Shown: positions 37,626 through 46,364 of the stretch, piece by piece
Position numbering within the stretch: the first letter of the stretch is position 1
Layout: every line of letters begins with the position of its first letter
Assembly (NCBI GenBank): GCA_040225955.1
Contig: JBECUL010000013.1
Location: 1 to 46,364 of the forward strand
Direction: 5' to 3'
DNA length: 46,364 nt
Source of the DNA: Candidatus Asgardarchaeum abyssi
Lineage (GTDB): Archaea; Asgardarchaeota; Asgardarchaeia; Asgardarchaeales; Asgardarchaeaceae
Made by a program: the position numbers and the translations under genes
The notes under the pieces: generated by a model
Database searches by the model: none
Seen by the model: the letters and a program-made list of their open reading frames with translations, nothing else
Told to the model about the DNA's origin: nothing

Positions 37626-38755
37626 TATATGCTATATGGTTAATTAATAGGTCTGGAACTCCAATTTTATCCAGAACATATAAAGGGTTTAATGTAGATC
37701 CTGTACTTTTTTCGGGACTTATTACTGCAATTCTTGGTTTTGCTAGAGAGATAAGTGGCCAAGAGATAAGTGAAATCTCTATGGGGAACTTTAAATTATT
37801 GGTTCACACATATATAGAGAGTCCTATACTAGTCCTTGCCGTGAGTAGCGAAGAAGATAAAACAAAATATATCGATTTTGTTGAAGACATACGTAGAAGA
37901 ATTATTAGAAGATATGGATTGTTCGAAGAGCCTAATATTAATGCCATTCCTGTAATTATTAGAGATCTTGACTCAATAGTATCCCAATATGGCTTCGTAA
38001 TAGCTGGTGAAGAAGCAGTAACTGATATTTTATTAGATGAAAATGCTCAGAAATTGCTTTTACATTTAATTTTGAATAAAGGACTCCGTATATTGCCGAA
38101 AATTGAACTTACTGGAGATTTGATTATTTCATATCCTGAGTTGAAATCTATGGTCCCTATAAATCCGTCTGAGCTTAAATTCTTATTGGAAACACTAACA
38201 AAAAATGGATATCTTATTCGAGAAACCTACGCATCAATACTTCAGTGTCCGCTCTGTAAGACATCACATGTAATTACTGTTGCTACATGTCCTCATTGTG
38301 GTAGTTCTTCTATAGTTAAGAAAATTTTCATTGAACACTTTAGGTGCGGATATATAGGTCCTAAAACATTATTCACTTCTAGTAAAGCTGAAAAGCTTGT
38401 ATGTCCATCTTGCAAGCGAGAGTTAGAAGTTGCAGACTTTAGAGAGTTTGAGAGTTTTTACTGTGAGCATTGCAATTCTCTTGTAAATGAACCTGCGTAT
38501 AAAATCTTTTGTTTAAAATGCAATAAATACTTTAATTTGAACGAAACTAACATTTTTACCATTTCTTCATATTCTCTTAATGAAAAAGCTAGAGAGTTTA
38601 TTGAAAAGAAGATTCTAAAACAGCTTGTAAGACCAGTTCCTAAGCAAAAAATTAGCAAATTTCATGAACGTTTCATGCATTTTAAAAAACTATCTGAATT
38701 AAGATCGAGGGTAAGGCCATTCAAGAAAACTAATAAAAAGAAAATATTGCTATAA
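37622..38755 (+). CDS. longin-like domain fused to a multi-Zn-ribbon (TackOD1-like) domain
   Basis: MIYAIWLINRSGTPILSR...DPVLFSGLITAILGFAREI; then YPEL...CPLC...CPHCGS...IEH..CGY.G...CPSC...CEHC...CLKC. Confidence 0.7.
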   Translation: MIYAIWLINRSGTPILSRTYKGFNVDPVLFSGLITAILGFAREISGQEISEISMGNFKLLVHTYIESPILVLAVSSEEDKTKYIDFVEDIRRRIIRRYGLFEEPNINAIPVIIRDLDSIVSQYGFVIAGEEAVTDILLDENAQKLLLHLILNKGLRILPKIELTGDLIISYPELKSMVPINPSELKFLLETLTKNGYLIRETYASILQCPLCKTSHVITVATCPHCGSSSIVKKIFIEHFRCGYIGPKTLFTSSKAEKLVCPSCKRELEVADFREFESFYCEHCNSLVNEPAYKIFCLKCNKYFNLNETNIFTISSYSLNEKAREFIEKKILKQLVRPVPKQKISKFHERFMHFKKLSELRSRVRPFKKTNKKKILL

Positions 38756-38771
38756 AGAATTTTAATAATGA

Positions 38772-39581
38772 GTGATACTAAAATGTGATTATACGGAGGC
38801 AATCCTTTTGATAAAAGCTAGGGTTCCAAGTGGCATTGAAGGGCTCGATGAACTTTTGAATGGTGGTATCCCTAAAGAGCGAAATTTTCTTGTAATGGGT
38901 GGACCAGGAACTGGCAAAACTACGTTCGCGTTACAATATATTGTAAAGGGGGCTATTGATTATGGAGAGCCAGGGATTTTTATTACCACTGAGCAAAGTC
39001 CTTATGAGATTAAACGTGATGCAAAGTCCTTTGGCTGGGATCTAGACAAATTGGAAGATGATGGTCTTATTAGAATTCTCAATGCGGTGCCAACTCCAAT
39101 GCCGGGTCAAACTAGGGAGATAGTGCTTCCGGAGATAAATCCAAATGTTGGTTATATTGAATATACGATAGATGACGTTCTTTCGGCGTTTTTTGATTTA
39201 GCTAGAACTATAAATCCTAAGCGTGTTGCAATAGATTCAATAACGCAATTTTTATTCTTAGAACAAGATCCTTTAAAAATGAGAGGTAATATCATCAGAT
39301 TTGTTAATACACTTAAAAGGAATAGAATGACTATTGTAAGCACTGCACAGAAGTATATGAGTGGATCTATGTTTCACGACGTTCTAGCGTTCATAGCTGA
39401 TGGAGTTCTTGTATTATATCTTCTGAGACGTGGAGTAGAAAAAATTCGAGCATGTGAAATTATTAAAGTACGTGGCTCTAAACATTCTTTGAAGACCGTT
39501 GAAATGGAGATCTCTGAAAAGGGAATTGTTATATATCCCGAAAAGACTATTGAAATATCCGAAGAAATAATTATATTCTAG
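38772..39581 (+). CDS. KaiC-like single-domain RecA-superfamily ATPase
   Basis: RVPSGIEGLDELLNGGIP, GGPGTGKT, TTEQ, RVAIDS, ADGV, KVRGS.H; likely TTG 38808 after GGAGG. Confidence 0.88.
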   Translation: MILKCDYTEAILLIKARVPSGIEGLDELLNGGIPKERNFLVMGGPGTGKTTFALQYIVKGAIDYGEPGIFITTEQSPYEIKRDAKSFGWDLDKLEDDGLIRILNAVPTPMPGQTREIVLPEINPNVGYIEYTIDDVLSAFFDLARTINPKRVAIDSITQFLFLEQDPLKMRGNIIRFVNTLKRNRMTIVSTAQKYMSGSMFHDVLAFIADGVLVLYLLRRGVEKIRACEIIKVRGSKHSLKTVEMEISEKGIVIYPEKTIEISEEIIIF

Positions 39582-40142
39582 GTGAATCGGGATATGCCCT
39601 TTCTTTATGGGATAAGGGTAAACAATTCTGAAATAAAAATATACTTTGGTGATATCACAAAATTGAATGTGGATGCCATTGTTAATGCTGCAAATAGTCT
39701 AATGATAATGGGTGGTGGAGTTGCTGGAGCTATCAAAAAAGCTGGCGGGGATATAATAGAAAAAGAGGCTATGAAACAAGCTCCTGTACCCGTAGGATCC
39801 GCTATCTACACGACCGCTGGTAAATTAAATGTAAAATATGTAATTCATACTCCCACGATGGAACGTCCCGCAATGCGAATAAATCAAGAAAATGTAAGAA
39901 AAGCTATAAGAGCTGCATTAAAGGTTGCAGAGGCTCTTGAGGATGTTTTTTCTTTAGCTATACCAGCATTAGGAACAGGAGTTGGTGGAGTTTCAAAGAA
40001 AAATGCAGCGGAGATTATGATAAATGAAATTCTTACTTTTATAAAAGGTGGAACTAAATTAAGAGAAATAATCCTCTGTGACATAAATAAGGACCAATGC
40101 AATGAATTTATAAAAGTACTTGAATTGGTAAAAGATTTGTAG
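39582..40142 (+). CDS. macrodomain protein (ADP-ribose-binding/hydrolase, YmdB-like)
   Basis: GDITKLNVDAIVNAAN...GGGVAGAI...IPALGTGVG; likely ATG 39594. Confidence 0.92.
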   Translation: MNRDMPFLYGIRVNNSEIKIYFGDITKLNVDAIVNAANSLMIMGGGVAGAIKKAGGDIIEKEAMKQAPVPVGSAIYTTAGKLNVKYVIHTPTMERPAMRINQENVRKAIRAALKVAEALEDVFSLAIPALGTGVGGVSKKNAAEIMINEILTFIKGGTKLREIILCDINKDQCNEFIKVLELVKDL

Positions 40143-41430
40143 TTATAATAAATAAGTAGATGACTACTATAGTAAAGAAAACTATAGCATCACTACGTAT
40201 TTTCTTTATTATCTCTTTTTCTAAATTGCTTGCTCTTGCATAGATTATTTTATTTGCCACCGCAGAGACATTTGCTAAAATAATGGAAATTGAAGCATCC
40301 ACGACAGAGATTTTTCCAGTTGCGAATAAAGTTACTGATGCTAAAGTAACAGCTCCTGCATTAGCTAAGCCGCCAATAACGCCAGCTATATATATCCCAT
40401 AAACATCAAAAATCGATTCAAGTAGCACCGAAATAAAAGTAACAATTGCAAAAACTACTACAAACTTTGCAGCCGTTTTTAATGAAAAAGGAGTTTCAAT
40501 CTCAGGTGTTGCCAAATCCTCTAATTCTCTTCTTTCTCTTCTTAGTAGTAACATAACTCTTATGATTCCTATGCAAATGAAAATTCCTAGTGGAATAATA
40601 AGTATTCTCACAAGATCTTTTGACACGGTAGGATCTAATATTGCTGCGATAAAGATATTTCTTAGTAACATTGAAACATTTGCTAGTAAAATTCCCAATC
40701 TTATGTAATCCTTATACTGCTCATCTATCTCATTATAATGCCTTCCTAAACTCATTACAGTAGCTTCGCTATTTACCAAACCACCAAGGATTCCAAAAAG
40801 CAAAATGCCACGATATGCAAACTTCTTTATAAGAATATAATTTACAAACATTATTGATAATAAAATGATCATCAAGAAATAAAAAGTTTGTAAGTCTATA
40901 GTATGGAATATTGGATCCGTAACACCTGCTGGTATAAGTGGATAAAATAGAAGAAACAGAATCCCTAATTCTAAAGCTGAAGTAATTTCTTCTGATGATA
41001 ATTCATGAATTATTTTTGTAAATTCTCCTTTCATAGAAAGGACAAATGTTGTAAATATTGATACGGTTGCTGCTAAAACCATTGCATTGTTATAACCGTT
41101 ATCAAGACCAACTAGAAGGCCAAGCAAAAAGGCTATCACAAATGCAATAGATGTGGTAAGTCCGTATTCTGCTGTCTTCCATACTCTATATACCGTGTAT
41201 ACGCTGATTGTAAACATTACAAATCCTACTGCAAAATAAATAAGTATACTCTCATGTAATTGGTCGTTAGTTATCACTACAAGTGTGCCAAATAAGCTTA
41301 TTAGCCCAAAACTTCTGAGGCCTAGTGGCTGTTCTTCTTTCCATTTTTGCCTCTCAAGTCCGATAATTGCACCTACTGAAAATCCAACTAAGATCTTTAC
41401 AGCTAGCTCGGTAGAAAGTAGGATTTGCAT
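40108..41430 (-). CDS. MgtC/SapB family membrane protein with DUF4010
   Basis: GAIIGLERQ...GLRSF, GLTT, GGLVNSEAT, PFSL..A.KF; many TMs. Confidence 0.85.
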   Translation of the reverse strand: MQILLSTELAVKILVGFSVGAIIGLERQKWKEEQPLGLRSFGLISLFGTLVVITNDQLHESILIYFAVGFVMFTISVYTVYRVWKTAEYGLTTSIAFVIAFLLGLLVGLDNGYNNAMVLAATVSIFTTFVLSMKGEFTKIIHELSSEEITSALELGILFLLFYPLIPAGVTDPIFHTIDLQTFYFLMIILLSIMFVNYILIKKFAYRGILLFGILGGLVNSEATVMSLGRHYNEIDEQYKDYIRLGILLANVSMLLRNIFIAAILDPTVSKDLVRILIIPLGIFICIGIIRVMLLLRRERRELEDLATPEIETPFSLKTAAKFVVVFAIVTFISVLLESIFDVYGIYIAGVIGGLANAGAVTLASVTLFATGKISVVDASISIILANVSAVANKIIYARASNLEKEIIKKIRSDAIVFFTIVVIYLFIITTNLLPIQVLL

Positions 41431-41534
41431 TCTGTGTCACCATTAAGTAAGTAGAGAGTAGAAGAAAAATATATGTTGCCTTAAAAATATTTTTGTTTTA
41501 GATAAAAATATGAAAAATAAAGAAAATAAAAAAG

Positions 41535-42158
41535 CTATGTATAAGCGCTTAGGTATGGTGCTATATAAATCCAAATTGTTGTACCCAGAAGAATTGCTAT
41601 GCCCTCAGCAATGGCCAGAAATGCAATAATAAAAGCAATTGGTTTAAATGTTAAAATCTTTCCTATAAGTTCAATTATATCGGTGATCATCCTAGTTATA
41701 CTATAAACAATAACAGCACCTATAATGAAAGCAGCGATTGCAATATTAGTTCTAGTTAGGACTGGACTTATTAGGACTAGGGTATCCCACCAGCTGGGGG
41801 GTATAGCTGAAAGTACTAACATGGCAAGCGCGGCTCCTGAAAGAAGCGCAGCAAATGCTGCAATAGGTATTTTTGTAAGTGGTGCTATGAAGAGAGCGAT
41901 TCCAAGGAGCGCAAGCATTACCAAAGTAAACGTATTAAGTGCTCTTGAACTAAATGCATAATAGGCTACAACTATGTCTGCGATGCCAATAAAGAAGCCA
42001 AATATTCCAATTATCTTTATTATTGGTGTGAGTATTTTACCGAAAATCGGTATTTTGTCAGAGAGTGCCTCAAAAAACCAACTCGCTAGTGCTATACCTC
42101 CTAAAATAAGAGCAATTGATGCATATGTTTCAATAGGAAGTGACTCAATAGCAATCAT
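41535..42158 (-). CDS. hypothetical multi-pass membrane protein
   Basis: About 6 hydrophobic helices; GGAGTGA RBS upstream. Confidence 0.7.
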   Translation of the reverse strand: MIAIESLPIETYASIALILGGIALASWFFEALSDKIPIFGKILTPIIKIIGIFGFFIGIADIVVAYYAFSSRALNTFTLVMLALLGIALFIAPLTKIPIAAFAALLSGAALAMLVLSAIPPSWWDTLVLISPVLTRTNIAIAAFIIGAVIVYSITRMITDIIELIGKILTFKPIAFIIAFLAIAEGIAILLGTTIWIYIAPYLSAYT

Positions 42159-42287
42159 GGTAAATCACTCCAATAGAATCTAATCCTCTTAATATATAAA
42201 AAATAGTTTAACCCCTATATAGATGTTTTCCTTTCCTCTACTCTAAATACAATACAGTAACAACATAAATTAATATTATCTCGATGT

Positions 42288-42923
42288 TTACCTAGTAGGC
42301 CTTATTACCATTAAACATCTTGCCTGATCATTTTTTATTTCAATAAGCCCTCTTCTCTCAAAGTTTTCAAGTATCTTTTTAACCTTCGAAATAGGAATTC
42401 CCGTTAAATCAGAAATATTTCTAATACTTACCCAATTTGGTGCTTCGTCTCTTAAGACGTAGTATGGCTGATAGGTTGGATCATCCTCAGTAAGATTATA
42501 TAATCTATTTAGTTCTTCTTCTTGCATTTGGACTCTTTTAATGTAATACTCTAATTTCTTTCTACACTCTAATAGGCTTTTTCTTAAGTTTTCTACTCTC
42601 TGAGCAATATCTGTTGATGCTCCTGCAGACGCTTTTATTTGCTCAAGCTGTTTTGAGAGGTATTGAATTTGCTTTTCCTTTTCTGCTAATTTTGCCTCGT
42701 AAAGTTGTACTGTTTTTCGTAACTCATCGATTTTCTTCTTTAGCTCATCAACTTCTGAAATTGTAGAGGTTTGCGTCATTTTGAAAAGTTCATTAAAACG
42801 CTCTTCAAATCTAGCTATGAGTGGCCCAGCAAATGGTGAAATTCCCAATCGCTCCATCTCAGAAATAAGTGTAGATATCAATTCTGTAAGTATAAATTTT
42901 AATGTGCTTTCCTCAACGTACAT
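42288..42923 (-). CDS. coiled-coil protein with C-terminal winged-helix domain
   Basis: Heptad region followed by DPTYQPYYVL...VSIRNISDLTGIPISKVKKILENFERRGLIEI; GGGGA RBS. Confidence 0.75.
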   Translation of the reverse strand: MYVEESTLKFILTELISTLISEMERLGISPFAGPLIARFEERFNELFKMTQTSTISEVDELKKKIDELRKTVQLYEAKLAEKEKQIQYLSKQLEQIKASAGASTDIAQRVENLRKSLLECRKKLEYYIKRVQMQEEELNRLYNLTEDDPTYQPYYVLRDEAPNWVSIRNISDLTGIPISKVKKILENFERRGLIEIKNDQARCLMVIRPTR

Positions 42924-43041
42924 TTATTATATAGTCCCCCTAGGAGTTAATTTAGTATTGGTATGTACAAATATATGCTACCAAAAATATTAAAAGGTTT
43001 ACTATTTTCTTTCACTCAAAAAGGAAGCTAAACGTCTTAAA

Positions 43042-45642
43042 ATGATAGACCCAAATAAATATTTCAAAAATAGTTTCTTGGTTTTCAGAAGTGTAAGGAA
43101 GAGTAAACATTCAAAAATCTTAGAGTTTAATCTATTTAAGAGTAGGTTGTATCATGCTAGACCAATTTATAAGGGTAAAATAGAATTTTACAATCTGGAT
43201 GACGAACATCTCAGGCCTTTTCGTGCTTGGTTTGAGTATGGAAATAAAGAGTTATATATTGATCCTAAAAAGATAATATCAGCTTTGCGGTCGGTAAAGC
43301 AAGTTTTTTTAGATGAAAATGATGTTTTTCCCTTTAAAGATGAACTTATACGTTTCTTTGAGGAGCAGAAAATAAAATATGAGACAACTAAATTTTGTAG
43401 GTTTTGCCTTATTAGTGGAACTTATACGATACTTAAAGAAAACGAATCAATAAAAGTGTACAATGAGTCTATTTGTATAGATTGTGCCTCCAAAGAAATA
43501 CTAAATGAGTTGTCTTCATTAGGTATTCAAATATCTGAACACTTTATTCCCTATATCACCAGACTGTTAAGACTAAAACGTGATTATGAAGCAATTTTAA
43601 AAATGCTTTCCAATGAAATAGACCCCCTTGCAGACAGTAAACTTACACTTTACGACATCATAGAGCCTACAAAAGAAATAGAGAAGATCACATTAAAGGA
43701 TCTTAGAATTCCAGATGCGTTAAAGGAGATACTTTTAAGTACGGGCATTAATATATTAACAGATATTCAAGCTAAAGCTATAAAAGCTGGTCTGCTCGAT
43801 GATAAAAATCTGCTTATAGTGTCATCAACTACAAGTGGCAAGACGCTTATAGGCGAAATTGCGGGCGTAACAAAAGTACTTAAAGAAGGGAAGCGCTTTA
43901 TCTTTTTAGTGCCTTTAGTTGCTCTTGCAAATCAAAAGTATGATGACTTCAGAAGAAAATATCAAAGGCTAGGACTAAAGGTTGCAATTCGGATTGGTAT
44001 GAGCAGAATTGATGTTGGAGAGGAGGAACTTGTAGTAGTTGATACCGAAATTTCTAATGCAGATATTATAGTCGCTACCTATGAGGCATTTGACTATATT
44101 CTTAGAAGTGGGCAATTTAAAGAAATTAATAACATTGGTACCATAGTCGTAGATGAAATTCAAATGTTATCGGATGAAGAAAGAGGCTGTGAAATTGCTG
44201 GTTTAATATCAAGGATGATGAACATTTATCCTAATGCGCAATATATCTTCCTTTCAGCAACTGTTGGTAATCCAGATGAATTAGCAAAAATACTTAATGC
44301 TAAGCTTGTATTTCATGAGAGCCGTCCAGTTCCAATAGAGCGTCACGTGATTTTTTTAAAAAGCGAGTCTGACAAACTTAGATTTTTAAAACGATTGATA
44401 AATGCAGAATATTCCGTGGTAAGTAGTTATGGATATCCTGGTCAGAGTATTGTATTTACGCACTCACGTAAGCGAGCTAGTGAAATAGCAAAAGAATTAA
44501 ACTCGAAAGGAGTTCGGATAGCAACATATCACGCTGGATTGTCCTATTCAAAAAGAAGAATGGTAGAGATAGGATTTGAAAGAGGTATCTATAAAGCTGT
44601 TATTACAACGGCTGCTTTAGGTGCTGGTGTTGATTTTCCTGCCAGCCAAGTAATTTTTTATGATCTAGCGATGGGCAAGGATTGGTTGACGAATGCTGAG
44701 TTTCATCAATTTATGGGGCGAGCTGGGAGACTTGGAAAGCACGATAAAGGGAAAGTGTTTTTACTTGTTGTTCCTGGAAGAAAAATACATGCTGGCCAAG
44801 ATAGAACAGAGGACGAAGTAGCTATCAGTTTACTTACTGGTAGCATAGAACCAGTTAGTGTCAACTGTAATCTTGACATGCAAGCAGGACAAATATTAGC
44901 TCATATTTCAATGATGAATGGTATTTCAATAAACGAATTACAGAAGATGACTTTACTTGATTTGTTTTTAACTGAAAATATTAGCAACATAATAAACAGC
45001 CTCGAGAAACTTAATATGCTAAGAAAGACCCACGATAATTACATACATTTAACACAACTGGGCAAGGCAGTTGCGGTCTCGTTTTTCACTCCTGAAATGG
45101 CAAAAAAGGTTATAATGCTTTTAAATAATAATGAACACCCGCTTGATATTGCAATAAATATAACTCCGCTAGAAAATGTTTATATTTCCTCTAAACTTCA
45201 TAATGCACTTACTAAAATTTTCAGATCAAAAGTATCAATAAAATTGTTTTCTGGGCATGTACTAGATTTGATTAATAATGTTAATTACTATAGAAAAAAC
45301 TTGCCAAAATGGATTCTAGACCTTGTAGTTAGATGGATTCACGATTTCTTTAATTGTAATTGCCCTGATAGCCCATATTGTGATCATGGTCAGCTTAATG
45401 TGCTTAAAAAAGTTGTAGAGCTTAGGAAATATGGAATGACTCCATCTAAAATATCTGCTTTTATGCTTAAAAAATATGAAATCCATATATATCCCGGTGA
45501 TATTTTTAATTGGTTAGATTCTCTAATTCATTCATTAAAGGGTATTAGTAGGATTGCATCTGCAACAAGTCGTACTGATATTATCCCTATGATTCAGCAT
45601 GAAGTAGAGAACATTGAAACACCACAAAAGATTAGTTTATAA
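43042..45642 (+). CDS. archaea-specific Ski2-like helicase (ASH-Ski2, COG1202/DUF5814)
   Basis: N-terminal CRFC..CIDC; SSTTSGKTLIGE, LVPLVALANQKY, DEIQ, SATVGNP, YHAGL, TAALGAGVDFPA, GRAGR; C-terminal CNCPDSPYCDHG, YPGD. Confidence 0.9.
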   Translation: MIDPNKYFKNSFLVFRSVRKSKHSKILEFNLFKSRLYHARPIYKGKIEFYNLDDEHLRPFRAWFEYGNKELYIDPKKIISALRSVKQVFLDENDVFPFKDELIRFFEEQKIKYETTKFCRFCLISGTYTILKENESIKVYNESICIDCASKEILNELSSLGIQISEHFIPYITRLLRLKRDYEAILKMLSNEIDPLADSKLTLYDIIEPTKEIEKITLKDLRIPDALKEILLSTGINILTDIQAKAIKAGLLDDKNLLIVSSTTSGKTLIGEIAGVTKVLKEGKRFIFLVPLVALANQKYDDFRRKYQRLGLKVAIRIGMSRIDVGEEELVVVDTEISNADIIVATYEAFDYILRSGQFKEINNIGTIVVDEIQMLSDEERGCEIAGLISRMMNIYPNAQYIFLSATVGNPDELAKILNAKLVFHESRPVPIERHVIFLKSESDKLRFLKRLINAEYSVVSSYGYPGQSIVFTHSRKRASEIAKELNSKGVRIATYHAGLSYSKRRMVEIGFERGIYKAVITTAALGAGVDFPASQVIFYDLAMGKDWLTNAEFHQFMGRAGRLGKHDKGKVFLLVVPGRKIHAGQDRTEDEVAISLLTGSIEPVSVNCNLDMQAGQILAHISMMNGISINELQKMTLLDLFLTENISNIINSLEKLNMLRKTHDNYIHLTQLGKAVAVSFFTPEMAKKVIMLLNNNEHPLDIAINITPLENVYISSKLHNALTKIFRSKVSIKLFSGHVLDLINNVNYYRKNLPKWILDLVVRWIHDFFNCNCPDSPYCDHGQLNVLKKVVELRKYGMTPSKISAFMLKKYEIHIYPGDIFNWLDSLIHSLKGISRIASATSRTDIIPMIQHEVENIETPQKISL

Positions 45643-45645
45643 AAT

Positions 45646-46364
45646 GTAACTTTCTAATTGGGCGCAACTAATACTTTATGTCTTCGTATAACAACGTTTT
45701 AGTGCGCTTCTAAAGGTCGCAACGTACTATACGTGGTACTATACACGACCCGCAAAAACAAACACCATAAAGAATTATCTCTAACCCACAAATAGCATAC
45801 CATACCTATCCAATCCGTGAATACGCTAAAATCAGCCGTGATGTCTTATAGAAACCCACTTGCAACAAGATGTGAGCACGCCCGCGAAACTCTCGCCCCT
45901 TCAGCCCACTCATTCGCTTCGCATACCATTATCCACTTCAATGATATTACGCACAGTAATGCCCTCCCTGTATGTATCTGGAGCCTCCAACCACTCGTCA
46001 ACCGCAAGCGACCTGAGATGCTGGCCGACAATCCTTAGACTTTTATGAATTGCAACATATCGAAGTACTTCATCATAGTTCGCATAAGCCTTGAAATCCT
46101 CCCCCCTCCACATACGTTGATACTCCCTGAATATTTTCTGCCACATTGTGCCACGAGAAAAATTCCATGATGCGGAAACCCTATAGTGTGTTCTTATGCC
46201 GAAAAGCCAGTAGGACGCAATGGCTTCGGAGAATGCATATTTATTATCTATCCATAAATCATCTATGGTGATACCATTTAGAATCGCACGGTACACTATT
46301 GCAAGGCCTATATGCCCCTCATGAACACTCCCAGTAGTTACTTCAAAGCCTAGCGGTAATCCGG
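45646..46364 (-). mobile_element. IS element (IS5/IS1182-like DDE transposase), truncated by window edge
   Basis: GC shift; end sequence GTAACTTTCTAATTGGGCGCAAC at 45646 shared with 1-181; transposase motifs inside. Confidence 0.8.
45806..46364 (-). pseudogene. partial DDE transposase with a frameshift near 45920
   Basis: Frame open from the edge: GLPLGFEVTTGSVHE...WIDNKY...RNIIEVDNGM, then in another frame KRMSGLKGREFRG...AYSRIG*, which completes the R..IE..NG..K...GL....RG pattern. Confidence 0.7.

Noticed and set aside
45817-46048. Short plus-strand ORFs (73 aa, 62 aa) and minus-strand 61-aa ORF inside the right IS
   Set aside because: Alternative-frame or antisense by-products of the transposase.

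Overview
AT-rich archaeal window, most likely a complete assembly contig because both edges run into copies of the same IS end in inverted orientation. Gene content points to a probably thermophilic Asgard archaeon (inference). It carries a Rab-like GTPase, two longin-like domain proteins, a ubiquitin-fold protein with an E2, a tubulin-superfamily GTPase, an MglA-type GTPase, vWA/TPR/CDC48-N proteins, and archaeal housekeeping genes (ASH-Ski2 and DUF1998 helicases, deoxyhypusine synthase, MetAP, Taw2, ADP-dependent sugar kinase, cupin PGI). Best candidates for undescribed biology: (1) a three-gene operon at 13376-18218 encoding a large helical-repeat protein, a tubulin-superfamily protein with tubulin-like (not FtsZ-like) T7 and C-terminal H12 motifs, and an all-alpha partner, facing a convergent CDC48-N/vWA + vWA + TPR operon; (2) a coupled Ubl(-VG) + E2 + small ORF + transglutaminase-like operon at 32348-34698 with no local E1, E3 or intact JAB; (3) a GC-rich structured ncRNA candidate with its own BRE/TATA at about 1916-2177. 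An ISH3-like element with IRs and a 7-bp TSD lies at 11799-13093. All family calls come from reading motifs by eye; no searches were run.
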